Assembly (NCBI GenBank): GCA_047495785.1
Contig: JBLDXI010000064.1
Span: forward strand, 310,001-374,000
DNA: 64,000 nt
Source of the DNA: Lepidodermella squamata
Lineage: Eukaryota; Animalia; Gastrotricha
Reading direction: 5' to 3'
The notes beneath the pieces are model-generated. The model worked only from the letters and a program-made list of their open reading frames with translations, made no database searches and was not told the DNA's origin. The first letter of the stretch is position 1, and each line of letters opens with the position of its first letter. This document shows positions 28,996 through 40,783 of this stretch, in pieces. The position numbers and the translations under genes are program-made.

Positions 28996-31926
28996 TCAGA
29001 TTTTACGAAGCAGGAACCAGTTCGCATAACCGAAAAATCCAGCAGCCACTAGCAAGGCCAGAACATCTAGGAATCTGGCTAGGCTGATTCGGCCGCTGAA
29101 CAAGTTCTTCATTTCCCTCTTGCCCTCGACGTAATAGGAACAGGCCATCCAAACAATCAGCAGTTGATAAACCGTAACGCCAGCCGAGAACCAAGCCATC
29201 CATTGAATATAAGCACTCAAAATGGTACTGTCAGTATTCGGAGCTTCAGCCACAACCTCAGTCTGGCTAACAGCCATCGCGAGCAGAATTGTCACTGTAA
29301 AAGCGGGCCGTTCAGGCATCGACGGAGCCATTAGGAAAGTCACTAAATCCAAACCGCCCAAAATCGCTGTAGGCAGGTACAAGTTGTTGATGTAGTAGCT
29401 CGCGGATCGTTTCAAAGTAACTTCAAAGACAGCCACAGTCACATTGAACCCATTGAACTTGGCGGAAGATAATTGGCTCGTGAAATCCTTGACGATCCAT
29501 TCAGAGTTGTCAACAGCTCCAGCATCCCATAGGAATTGAGGAGGGTTTGCAAAAGTTAGGATCCTGTCAGATCTCGTCAGACTGAACTCGAACGAGCATT
29601 TCTGGGTGTCGAAAGGAAATTCCTTCATATCCTGCGTGCAATCAGCCACGAAAAGGCCCTCCCGGGTCCAGTAGAAGTTGAAAGTCTTGTTAGGCTTCGA
29701 TTCGGAGCCCAAACCATCCATTGTGACTAGAAAATCATCCCCAACCGCTACATTCTTCATATAGACATTCGACTGGGCGCTGTTTATGAATCGGAGCTGG
29801 GGAAGCCAGATTTGATCAGGCCTCGCGACGTAGATCTGCTCTTTCGGCCGCGAGCTGATGACATCCGTCGTGTTCTTAGGACAGGTATTGACCATCCAAG
29901 ACATTAGAATGACCCCACTCACCGAAATCGTGTCGTCGACACTCGATAGTTCGTTGAGCCCAGGAACGTAAAAAGTCATGTTTACCAAATTCGGTTTCGA
30001 TTCGTCGATCTGGGGCGGCACGTAGCGATTCGTGTCGAAATGATCGCAGCGCTTCAAAATGTCTTCAGTTGTTTTGAAAGGAACCCTAGGTGGCGGATTC
30101 GGGTCTCCGTCCAAGCTAGGAAGCAAACTTCCGATTTCGATGTTCGTTCCTATTTTCGAGGAGCTTATAGACATCGCTGGGCTCCAAGGAATTGTTTCAG
30201 ATGGTTTCGTTATGGACTGGGTTGGTTTCAGTGTCGAAGTCTGAGTAGAGCTTGCCGGTGCTTTCGCGGATGTGCTCGAATGTGCATCTATGGTCGATTG
30301 AGTTGCTTTAATCGAAAATGCAGTTGGAGCAGAATCCGCTTGGGATGACTTTGATGTTGTTGATTCTTGGCCGGTTTGCTGTGAATTCGAGGAAGTTGTT
30401 GATGCCGAGCTGGTTTTAATCATTTTCGAAGTGGACGTTGAGACGGACGATGTCGTAGTTGGAACAGGCTTCCCGCACACACAAGGCAGCAGTTTGATCT
30501 CTTCGGTAGTAAGTACAGTCCCATGAATTGTCATACACGCAATGCTGTCGCCCGGAAATCCACCGATTGGATGACCCGCGGCATCATAAGTAGTCAAAAC
30601 TGAAATATTGCGGTAGTAATTAGACGTGACCGTCGCTACTTTACCAGACACAGTTGGGCCCTCAACCAAATCATCACTACCAGGATCCTGGACGTAGCCT
30701 GTGTGCGTTCCTTTCACGTTATCGATTGTAAACGCGAAAAAGGTCCATTCGTTCCGCTGAGTGTACGGAATTTCCAGAGAGATAATACCGAAAGAGAGGA
30801 CAATCTTGTATTTAGTTGGGTCGCAAATCGCGCCGAGCAAGCTTTTGATATCAAAGACTCCAGCTTTCGAATCGCAGAAGCTTTTATAGTAGAAGGCGAT
30901 CGTGAGATTCGGCGAAACTGGCATTCCATGTACAAGCTTGATGATATCCCCTTTACTTTGCACGGTAATCGACGTGGCGCTGTAGGGACCTTTTGCATCG
31001 CTAGCTAGCCCAGGCATGTCGGCGAAGGCAGTTCGAAACCTGTCCGAGCCGTATTTCTGGAAAATGTTATCCCCAGGCGTTGCCATTGGCATGAAGAATT
31101 TAAGGTTGTCAATCTGAGGCATCAGTTCGAATGTGCTGGGCAGAGGCGGAGACGTGGACCTAGCGATGGTTTGACCGCAAGCGTATGGAATTACATTCAG
31201 CTGATTAGTGGACAGAACTTGCGGGTACAAAACCATGCAAGCGAATATGTCCGAGTTGGTTTTTGTGTAAACCCATTTTCCGTCACTTGTCTTTGCTGCT
31301 CCTATATGGATTGCAGTCGTTGAAAATGGTACCATTATAGTCACCAGATGGCCATCCAATAAAGTCGCATTGAAGGCGGAATCAGCCGAGCTAACAGCCC
31401 ATCGCCACTTGTTAGATTCGTAAGTTATGGCTACGAAACTCCAAATGTTTGTCGACGTTATCGGCAACGTTTCTCCTGTACCCACAAGTTGAGTACCCTG
31501 CATCAATTTCATTTCGCCACTTTCGCAACGGATAGAAAAAATTCCTTCCATAGTTACAATACCTGTTGCATCACTGCAAGCCGTTTTCATGTAAAACGTG
31601 AGCGTAAAACTTGAGTAATCCACTGATGCATCAATGGCGTAGGTTGCGATGGGGTCGACCGAGGTTTCTGCAGTTGTCGCCCCTGATTTGAAGGGCCCCG
31701 CATCAACCGACCGAGCTTTTTTGACGCCATTCTGCGGCACGAAGGCATTAATAGCCGCCGAGAACATGTCTGTATCGCCGCGGTCTAGATACCACAGCAA
31801 AAGCTGGTTACTGCTCGGCAGGACATCCAGGGCATCGTAAGGTGAGTTCACCTGTGAAGGCAACGCCTGAACGCAACGCAACGCCTGAACGACTGACAGC
31901 AAGGCGAGAACAGCTGAGTATTTCAT
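28996..31926 (-). CDS. Intronless Cys-loop ligand-gated ion channel subunit with 2 N-terminal LamG-like domains and S/T-rich stalk (copy 1)
   Basis: ATG at 31926 (MKYSAVLALL, signal peptide). Cys-loop CTQDMKEFPFDTQKC (C-x13-C), IWLPQL, LKR pre-M1, M1-M4, M2 PERPAFTVTILLA. Confidence 0.92.
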   Translation of the reverse strand: MKYSAVLALLSVVQALRCVQALPSQVNSPYDALDVLPSSNQLLLWYLDRGDTDMFSAAINAFVPQNGVKKARSVDAGPFKSGATTAETSVDPIATYAIDASVDYSSFTLTFYMKTACSDATGIVTMEGIFSIRCESGEMKLMQGTQLVGTGETLPITSTNIWSFVAITYESNKWRWAVSSADSAFNATLLDGHLVTIMVPFSTTAIHIGAAKTSDGKWVYTKTNSDIFACMVLYPQVLSTNQLNVIPYACGQTIARSTSPPLPSTFELMPQIDNLKFFMPMATPGDNIFQKYGSDRFRTAFADMPGLASDAKGPYSATSITVQSKGDIIKLVHGMPVSPNLTIAFYYKSFCDSKAGVFDIKSLLGAICDPTKYKIVLSFGIISLEIPYTQRNEWTFFAFTIDNVKGTHTGYVQDPGSDDLVEGPTVSGKVATVTSNYYRNISVLTTYDAAGHPIGGFPGDSIACMTIHGTVLTTEEIKLLPCVCGKPVPTTTSSVSTSTSKMIKTSSASTTSSNSQQTGQESTTSKSSQADSAPTAFSIKATQSTIDAHSSTSAKAPASSTQTSTLKPTQSITKPSETIPWSPAMSISSSKIGTNIEIGSLLPSLDGDPNPPPRVPFKTTEDILKRCDHFDTNRYVPPQIDESKPNLVNMTFYVPGLNELSSVDDTISVSGVILMSWMVNTCPKNTTDVISSRPKEQIYVARPDQIWLPQLRFINSAQSNVYMKNVAVGDDFLVTMDGLGSESKPNKTFNFYWTREGLFVADCTQDMKEFPFDTQKCSFEFSLTRSDRILTFANPPQFLWDAGAVDNSEWIVKDFTSQLSSAKFNGFNVTVAVFEVTLKRSASYYINNLYLPTAILGGLDLVTFLMAPSMPERPAFTVTILLAMAVSQTEVVAEAPNTDSTILSAYIQWMAWFSAGVTVYQLLIVWMACSYYVEGKREMKNLFSGRISLARFLDVLALLVAAGFFGYANWFLLRKI

Positions 31927-32031
31927 TTTTATCCAAACTAGTCTAGCTAGAGCATTGAAATGCAATAAGCACTCTCAATCCGTGTCAGGTTTCGCTTCAT
32001 GCCGTTTTTAATAATCATGTTCTACTTTCTA

Positions 32032-32330
32032 AAGCCTGAGCTTTTGGTATTTGCGGCTTGTTTACATTAGAAAATTTCAGGATACCAAGTTGAGAAAAAC
32101 ACGACGAGGCGGATTGTTGACACCAAGTTGGAGCAGGTTTTTCACGATGAAATATCCTGACGACATCTTAATTAAAGTCGCCCTAGGGATCGCGTATGAT
32201 TAATCTTCCGAAATAGGATTGGCTCGATTCCAGTATAAAAAGGATTACTAAGATATGGTTTCTTACCTTCAACCTCGCCAAGGTTCTAATTTCTAATTTG
32301 GATTTTCATGAGAGCCCTTGTTTCAGTAAT
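32032..32330. repeat. Intergenic direct duplication (second copy ~32821-33110)
   Basis: AGCCTGAGCTTTTGGTATTTGC...CACGACGAGGCGG near-identical over ~80 bp, then degenerate similarity. Confidence 0.85.
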
Positions 32331-33494
32331 GAAATTATGAGTGATGATCGCCTTTAGGGTGCATGCGTACTGTAGTGCAGTGTTACGAATTTACGAACGT
32401 TCGACGCTTTCAGTGATTGTGATTGACTCACTGGTCCGTTTCCGAAAATTCCACCTGCTGAAAGAATCCTGAAATTAGGGCTACACATTGATATCTGATT
32501 TGTGGATTCGCGAATGATTCGCCGATATAAGGAAATTGTTGGGTTTTAAAGTTTACAGAAATTATGCCCAAACTTTAGCTTTTAGCTCACGACACGCCCC
32601 ACGCACCATTTGGTCATAATTGCTGCTGATTTGTCTCTTATTTCACGCATTCCTTCTTACGATTCTACATTTCTTTGCAGCTGAATTCTGAAACGGAACG
32701 TTTTAATGGCTTAATGGCTTAAAGGTGTTAGCTTTCGCATCTTCATGTGATTGGCGGGTTTCAAAAAAGATGCTTCACTGCCCAATAAATTTCATTCACA
32801 ATTTTCTCAAAACCCGAAAAGAGCCTGAGCTTTTGGTATTTGCTGCTTGTTTACATTAGAAAATTGCAGGATACCAAGTTGAGAAAAACACGACGAGGCG
32901 GGTTTTTTTTTATTATTGCATATCCTCTGGACAGCTATCTTAATTAAAGGCGCCCTAGAAAATCATTGTATGATCAATATGCCGAACTAAGATTGGTTCT
33001 ATTCCAATACAAATAGGATTACGAGGGAAAGGGTTTCTCCTTTTTTGTTGTTTACTTCTACCTCGTGAAGGTTCTAAAATTTTGACTTTCACGAACAACT
33101 TGGCGTCAGTACAATTATTTCCGGAACGCGCTGGATATCGACAATCCTGTTCCTTTTCGCGTTTGCTTATTACAATAGAATAAAAACAATAGAAGACAAT
33201 TTTTGGCGCAAATAGGTCACCATAGGAAAGTGAATTTGTTAGATAAAGAGAATTAGGACAAGACAATTTGTTGCCAATTATCAAATTGTCGAAATGCGCT
33301 GGATTGAGAATCATGCGATTATTATTACAAAAAGGCCTTCTCGATTGAGATGAGGACAATGTAATTGTCCAGGTTGAAAGTAGGACGAGTGTTGTCGAAT
33401 CTCAATAACAACAGGCTGCTACGATTTATTTTAGTGACTTTCGTTCAATTTGCAAGTATTTTTCGAGCTTTTTCACCAAGATTCGCCCAATAAA

Positions 33495-35766
33495 ATGGCT
33501 CGTCACATTTACTACAATGTTGTGCTTTCGGTGCTGATGCTGGCTGGTGCCAGCGACGTAGCACGGGGTATGCAGCCGGTGAGCTGCGTTCGATGCTTCT
33601 CGCAGCAAAGCAATCGATTCACCAGCTGCAATCCAGCTGCTAATGGCTGTAATCCACTAATCGAATATCAGGTTTTCCCCGAATTTAATTTCAACCCAGC
33701 TATTTAAGAGTTTTGTGTTTTGTGTCATCGATAGTGGGGCTCGATTTTCCAAACAACCGGCAGTTGCAACACCGGGGTCAGTTTTAAATTTATCTAACTT
33801 TACCCGTTTTACTTTATCTAAAGAATGCTCGAATGTGCTACAAATACGAGGCTCTGACTCCATTCTGCGTACCTGGTAACATTGGCTGTAACAACCCGGG
33901 TGATATGAATGTAAGTCTTGTTTATTGTTCAAAAAAAAACTTTGCCCATCAAACGCTCGTGAAATCAATGTTTCAGACATTCTGGTTTGGCGATCAGAAG
34001 CAGGTGTTGAGCTTGAAGTACAACCTTAACGAATGCGAGAAAAAGAAAGCTGCATTCGAGGTGTGAAATCAGGAATTTTTAAAAGACCAGTGGCATAAAC
34101 TCGTGACTCGTGACATATTTCAGATGTTGCAATTCAGGCGCTGCATGTTGAACAACGTTATCAAAACCTGTGTTCCCGACCCGTACAAATGCCCTGAAAA
34201 CTGGGTGAGCCACTCTCCGAATAGCGTATTCAGTTTAATTTTTTATTCTTCGATGTTTTCCTTAGCAGCCTATCGATTCAACTTTGTTTCCAAATCTCAC
34301 ATCTTGTACGAATGGAACGAGTGCGTTATTTTGTCAACTATTATAGCAATAATATTCTGATCCAAGTAATTGAAAATGGGAAATTACTAATGTCGAGCTT
34401 GCATATTCCTAAATTCATTTGAAGATCCGAAAATTTAACGAATATGATCAGTTATAAGAAATTACATCGGAAACATTACAAGCCTATGATTTATGTGAAT
34501 TTCAGTCGCAGTTCCAGCCAGCGAAAAGCCGCACATCCGGTGCTTTGATTCTGCGACCAAAAAGTTCAAAGACTGCCGACCGCTAAGCTCAGGCTGTTTC
34601 GCCAGCAACGAAACGCAGCAATACTCGAGCAAAGTCTACATCAACCGAGCAGCCTGCATGCTCGGAGTAAGTTTATATTTATCCTTCTCTTTTCGCAATT
34701 TTTTTCGTTTACTATCGTTGGGCAGAACGCCGTTTCGTGCAAGGATTCTTCTAACCGAACGTCTTGCTACGCTGCTTGTCCCCAAGATCAATCTCAGGTA
34801 AAGCTCAGCCAAAAGCACGGTTTTTCCGGTAACAGCAGTATTTTTTTGTATCAGGTCAAGCTTTTCTCGGACTTGGGCACCTTTCAGCTGAATCACAACA
34901 AGTGTTTAATGGACGTAAATCCGGTGGTGAGTATCAGTTTTCGATTTTTGTTGGCTGCAAACGCGATGTTTTATCTAGAGATTTTATCAGCTAACAATAG
35001 CATCTCGAACCTATAAAATATCGGAAAGTCAAAATAAAATAGCAAATTGGGTAGAATTAACAGCGTTTGCGCGCCGCCCTTTTTGCGATAACAGCTCGAA
35101 TGAATTCGCTATAGGAAGATCGTCTGCTTCCTATCTGTTACAGTTTGGTTTATGAAATTAACTGTTATGGGAAGATTGTTAGTTTCTTTTTTCTTAGCTG
35201 TTGCATCGTCAGTAAATCAGAGTCACGCAACGACGCTATCGATTTCCAATTATGATAATTGATAATTTTGTTGTTGATAGATCCCCCAGCACCGATGCCT
35301 GCGAACTGCTGACGGATCAGTAACCTGCCGACCGAGCTCGAGCGGCTGTAACGCCAACACCGAGAGACGCTTCCCTGCGAATGTTACGTTCAGCGGCGAG
35401 TCGCAGTGTCAAAACGCTAAAAGGACTCTGTTTTTCGTTATCAACATTAATGGTGATCATTCAGCCGCAGCCAGGTTGTGTTCGCGCGAGAATGGCATAT
35501 TGGCAACCGCTAAAACAGCTGCCGATGTAGACCTGCTTGTCAGCAGTTTACGACGCGGCTACGATGCATGGCTGGGTCTTGCTGCAGAGTCCGGCGTTCT
35601 TAAATGGTCGGACGGTTCCGCTTTCACATTCGATCAAGCGCTGTTTTATTCCTCGGCCAATGTTGATCAATGCGGGTACATACGGACCGCGGCTTCTAAA
35701 ATGGATTTCAAGGCGTGCGGCAATAAATCTATGTTCTATGCAGGATGCGAAACCTATGTTGAATGA
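33495..35766 (+). CDS. Secreted four-Cys-module x6 + C-type lectin protein (10 exons), intact
   Basis: Signal peptide MARHIYYNVVLSVLMLAGASDVARG; all exons splice in frame; terminal CTLD ...GCETYVE*. Confidence 0.85.
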
Positions 35767-36383
35767 TTAATGAGGCATTGAGGTTTCCGTAAGCTTTTGA
35801 AGTGGCTGTAAGAATTAACCGTATGATAATGATATGTCATAGTGAAAAAAGTTGGTAAACAACGGAGATATCCATTTTGAGAAGCACTCGATTTTATAAT
35901 GCAGATCTTGAGTCTTAGCTTGAGTGTTTACTCTGGTCACTTTTTTCTCTATGTGATATGATGAGATTAGAGTCGATAGAATAACTAAATAAAACAGCTG
36001 GAAAACTGAGCTTGCAACTTGAAAAAATTGCCATTCCTATGTAAGCGGTTTCATCAGCAACTTATGTATTAACGCCACGTGGAAATATTTCAGTAGTCAT
36101 GTTGAATGTTGAATCAAATCTCGACCGAAAAGTGAAGTGTTTGATATTTCCTTCAGAAGACTTCTTAAAATTGACAATGAAACTGGCGAAATCTGCATTT
36201 TTCTTTCCAGCCTGAAGGACGCGTTCGATGTCAGTCTGCAGCCTGATAAATTTACTCATACTTTGCATCATCGTAACTTAAAATGAGGCAATAGGTATAC
36301 AAAGAGTAGGTATCAGAATAGCCTATATAAAAGTAGCATAGCGGAATCGCCACTCGAGAGTGCGTCATTGACGATTTAACAGG

Positions 36384-39119
36384 TTATAATTTACGAAGCA
36401 GGAACCAGTTCGCATAACCGAAAAATCCAGCGGCCACCAGCAAGGCCAGAACATCTAGGAATCTGACTAGGCTGATTCGGCCGCTGAACAAGTTCTTCAT
36501 TTCCCTCTTGCCCTCGACGTAGTAGGAACAAGCCATCCAAACAATCAGCAGTTGATAAACCGTCACGCCAGCCGAGAACCAAGCCATCCATTGAATGTAA
36601 GTACCCAGAATCGTTCTATCCGTATTCGGAGCCTGAGCCACAACCTCAGTCTGACTGACAGCCATCGCGAGCAGGATAGTCACCGTAAAAGCAGGCCGCT
36701 CTGGCATAGAAGGGACCATTAGGAAAGTAACCAGGTCCAAACCGCCCAAAATCGCTGTTGGTAGGTACAAATTGTTGATGTAGTAGCTCGGCGATCGTTT
36801 CAAGGTGACTTCAAAAACAGCCACAGTCACATTGAACCCATTGAATTTGGCCGAAGATAATAGGCTCGTGAAATCCTTGACGATCCATTCAGAGTTGTCA
36901 ACAGCTCCAGCATCCCATAGGAATTGAGGAGGGTTTGCAAAAGTTAGGATCCTGTCAGATCTCGTCAGACTGAACTCGAACGAGCATTTCTGGGTGTCGA
37001 AAGGAAATTCCTTCATATCCTGCGTGCAATCAGCCACGAAAAGGCCCTCCCGGGTCCAGTAGAAGTTGAAAGTCTTGTTAGGCTTCGATTCGGAGCCCAA
37101 ACCATCCATTGTGACTAGAAAATCATCCCCAACCGCTACATTCTTCATATAGACATTCGACTGGGCGCTGTTTATGAATCGGAGCTGGGGAAGCCAGATT
37201 TGATCAGGCCTCGCGACGTAGATCTGCTCTTTCGGCCGCGAGCTGATGACATCCTTCGTGTTCTTAGGACAGGTATTGACCATCCAAGACATTAGAATGA
37301 CCCCACTCACCGAAATCGTGTCGTCGACACTCGATAGTTCGTTGAGCCCAGGAACGTAAAAAGTCATGTTTACCAAATTCGGCTTTGATTCGTCGATCTG
37401 GGGCGGCACGTAGCGATTCGTGTCGAAATGATCGCATCGCTTCAGAATGTCTTCAGTTGTTTTGAAAGGAACCCTAGGTGGAGGATTCGGATCTCCGTCC
37501 AAGCTAGGGAGCAAACTTCGAACTTGGACACTGGTGCCCAGTTTTGCCGAGCTTTCAACCGGCTGTGGAATCATTGTTGGTGGAACTGTTTCAGAAGTAG
37601 TAGAGTGAGTTGGCCCCAGGGTCGATGAAGTTGAAGTAGTAGGCAGAGATTTCCCGCAGACGTAAGGCAACTCGCTTATCTCATCCGTCGTTAGGACAGT
37701 TCGGTGAATTGTCACACAGGCAATGCTGTCCCCAGGTTGGCCATTAACCCAGCTGTTTGACTGAGAGTCCCACGAACGAAGAGATGCAAATGTGCCATAG
37801 AAATATTTTATGCTGCTGACGTCTATGACCGAATTCAACGATGTCTTGCCAGCAACAAGAGTATCGTTTCCTGGGTTCTGATAGTAAGTTTTGAAATTGC
37901 CATTCTTGTTATCGAATGTTATCGCGAAAAACGTCCAATTGTTCCGCATCGTATAGGGAATGTTCAACTGGACCAGCAGGCTAAACGAAAGAACAACCCC
38001 ATCAGCAGGACGGCAGAGGATTCCAAAATAGTTCGGTATCACAAACACTCCTCGAGTCGACTCACAAGTGCTTTTGTAGTAGAACGCGACTGTGTAGACA
38101 GGTAAAACTGGCATCCCAGATAAAAGAGTAATGTAATCGCCAGCTTTTGATACCGTTATCGAACCAGAACCAAACGGACCCGTTGCGTTGCTAGCTACCC
38201 CGGGTAGATTGGCTAATGGCGTTCGAAACCTATCCGAGCCGTATTTGAGGAAAATGCTGTCCCTTGGCTTTCTCATCGGCATGTGGAACACGAGACTGTC
38301 GATTTGTGGCATCAACGTGAAAGTTGATGGTAGCGTCGACGCGGGAGTTGCCATAGTTTTGCCACACGCGAACGGAATAACATCCAGTTCACTGTCCTCC
38401 AGAACAGTTGTTGGGTAGAGAACCATGCAGGCGAAAAAATCAGCATTTGGGGTTGTTAGGAAGGTTTTCCCACCCGAATCAGCTCGTCCTATGTACAGTG
38501 TAGTCGGTGTTAAAAATTTGAAAGCAACTTTATCGATCCAGTTCAGGGAAACTCCATTCGTCACCGCTTTGCTAACAGCCCACCGCCAGCTTTGCTGACC
38601 TGAATTGTAAATCACAACTACAAAACTCCACTCGCCTGTTGATATGTCCAAGGTTTCAGTTCTGTCCTCATACTGCGAACCGGTCCAAATTGCCAAAATC
38701 ATCTTGTTGTTAGCGCAACGAAGTGAAAACTTGCTTTCCAAGAGAACAATGCCTGTTTCGGTATTAGAGCCTATTTTCACGTAAAATGACAGCGTGAAAG
38801 AGTCGAAAACAGCCGTGGAAGCTGCAAGGCTGTAAGCAGCGATCGGATCACTAGTTGTTTTCGATGTTGTCGAGCCTGATTTGAAAGGTCCCGATGCGGA
38901 TGGTAAAGCAGTCGATGTGCCATTTTGCGGCAAAAAGTTGCCTTTCTCAACTGAGAACACGAGGGTGTTACCTTGGTCCAGGTACCAAAGCAGCAATTTG
39001 TCACGAATAGGCAGTACGTTCAAAGCATCGTACGGGCTGTCGACCTGGGACGGCAGCGTTTGTTCACTGCTGCTCAGTGACGCTAATGAAATAGCGATTA
39101 ATGCAATGGCAAAACTCAT
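36384..39119 (-). CDS. Intronless LamG-LamG-stalk Cys-loop channel subunit (copy 2)
   Basis: 911-aa ORF with signal peptide MSFAIALIAISLASLSSS; same Cys-loop and 4 TM as copy 1; shorter stalk. Confidence 0.93.
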   Translation of the reverse strand: MSFAIALIAISLASLSSSEQTLPSQVDSPYDALNVLPIRDKLLLWYLDQGNTLVFSVEKGNFLPQNGTSTALPSASGPFKSGSTTSKTTSDPIAAYSLAASTAVFDSFTLSFYVKIGSNTETGIVLLESKFSLRCANNKMILAIWTGSQYEDRTETLDISTGEWSFVVVIYNSGQQSWRWAVSKAVTNGVSLNWIDKVAFKFLTPTTLYIGRADSGGKTFLTTPNADFFACMVLYPTTVLEDSELDVIPFACGKTMATPASTLPSTFTLMPQIDSLVFHMPMRKPRDSIFLKYGSDRFRTPLANLPGVASNATGPFGSGSITVSKAGDYITLLSGMPVLPVYTVAFYYKSTCESTRGVFVIPNYFGILCRPADGVVLSFSLLVQLNIPYTMRNNWTFFAITFDNKNGNFKTYYQNPGNDTLVAGKTSLNSVIDVSSIKYFYGTFASLRSWDSQSNSWVNGQPGDSIACVTIHRTVLTTDEISELPYVCGKSLPTTSTSSTLGPTHSTTSETVPPTMIPQPVESSAKLGTSVQVRSLLPSLDGDPNPPPRVPFKTTEDILKRCDHFDTNRYVPPQIDESKPNLVNMTFYVPGLNELSSVDDTISVSGVILMSWMVNTCPKNTKDVISSRPKEQIYVARPDQIWLPQLRFINSAQSNVYMKNVAVGDDFLVTMDGLGSESKPNKTFNFYWTREGLFVADCTQDMKEFPFDTQKCSFEFSLTRSDRILTFANPPQFLWDAGAVDNSEWIVKDFTSLLSSAKFNGFNVTVAVFEVTLKRSPSYYINNLYLPTAILGGLDLVTFLMVPSMPERPAFTVTILLAMAVSQTEVVAQAPNTDRTILGTYIQWMAWFSAGVTVYQLLIVWMACSYYVEGKREMKNLFSGRISLVRFLDVLALLVAAGFFGYANWFLLRKL

Positions 39120-39932
39120 TTTTTGCGAAAAAAGTCGAATATGAAAGTGGGCTTGAATTTTTTGACGAACGCTTAGATTGAGAAGAGCGGCGGTGGTGTT
39201 TTGCTTGCATTTTCTGAAATAAAGTTTGTGATCCCTGACACTGTGCCGAATTGCCAGTGCGTAGATGAAACTTGTGGCCGGATATTAAATTACAAAATAA
39301 AAAAAAACATTTTATTCAGAGAATTCAATCTAAATTCAAAGTTTTTATATTTGAATTTTGAAATCATTTTCCTTTTGTGCAACTTTTTTACTGATGAATT
39401 AAAATTGTTAATTTATCATCCTATAATACAGAAGCCGAAGAGCCGAGAAGTTCCGAATGTAAAATGAAGCGACAATTCAATTGCTCATACCACATTTCGC
39501 CCATTTCAATCAATCGTTCGAGTTTTTGACATCAGCTATCAGCAATCAGCTGCTCGCATTCAGCTGTTGTGCTGTTTTAGAATTGACATTGCGCCACCGA
39601 GAGTTATATTCGATGTTAATATCCGCTTGACTATTTTAGCGCCAGAATTTCCGGGCGGCAGTGTCATATCGTGATGCGCAACTGGAAATTAAAATCAAAC
39701 AACATAACGTTCAGCAACGCGAAGATTGCTTTGTAATGACGAAATTCTGCTGGATGCGAACAGTTGATTGAAAACAATTGATTTTGCTTTCACGTTTTCA
39801 GCATTTTAATCACAACTCTGAGCATCGAACGGCAAACCCTTATTTCATATTTTCGTATATCACATAAATCTCGGTGCGCCGAGCCAAAATTAATAAATCG
39901 ATTGCTATAATTGAACTTCTGAAATCCCTGAC

Positions 39933-40336
39933 ATTCTCCGATATATATGTGTTGTACGCCTATACGGGATTAAATCGTATGAGGGTAACTATCGATCGTC
40001 ATATATCATCGATTGCTGTAATCAAGGGCTATCGATTGATGCCAAATCGAATTCCGCGCGGAACTACTGGAAATATGATTTTTGCCTTCAAAATTGAAAA
40101 AATGCGGAAAATTCGCGTTTTTTGCCCAAAACTTGAACCTGAATGTGCCGCGTGGACTTCGACTTGGAATCAATCGATAGCCCTTGATTACAGCAATCGA
40201 TTGATATATGATGATCGATAGTTACCCTCACGGTTTGGCCGCTATGACAGTTTAAAATCGCTTATCCCGTATAGGCTTATGCCTATGCCGTATAAGCTTA
40301 GATCCTCTAAAAGCGTACAACATATGTATCAGAAAT
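39933..40336. mobile_element. Foldback/palindromic MITE-like element
   Basis: Long inverted arms: TGAGGGTAACTATCGATC...GCTGTAATCAAGGGCTATCGATTGAT (~39980-40060) versus ~40148-40230, plus outer inverted segments. Confidence 0.75.
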
Positions 40337-40783
40337 CTTAACAGCCAAAAACCGATGTTTTCATACATACCCGGTTCCAGCAGGCTGAAATAAAAGACGT
40401 CAGGGTTATTAGTTCAGAAACCTGCAACCACAAGGGTAACTGAAACACATTTACGACTACACTATCGATTTTTCGATGTTTGTTGAGTAGCAAAGTTTGA
40501 ATTCCGAGCTTTTCCGACAAAGACGGGTCATATCCAGGCTTTCCCCAGGATGCGTTACTGCAGAATATAGCCAAATGTCTCCACTCATTAATGAAATTAA
40601 ATATTTACATGCAGAACGTCCCTAGGTTACAAGCGAGGAGTGTCAAACTAAAGGGATAGACTGTCAACTCGAAGACACATTTATCCTGATTAATTTGGCA
40701 ATCAGATGTAAAAGCAGCTGAAAATATTCTTCTGTCGGAGTACGGTTCATGTTTATTTTCAACATTTTCTTACTGAATTAAGG

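Noticed and set aside
28996-30100. Assignment as a nicotinic alpha subunit with a gene symbol
   Set aside because: Lacks the vicinal cysteines and aromatic-box residues; orthology cannot be determined by eye.
31927-31965. Extended start of the 989-aa ORF
   Set aside because: TTG start; the ATG at 31926 gives a proper signal peptide matching the paralog.
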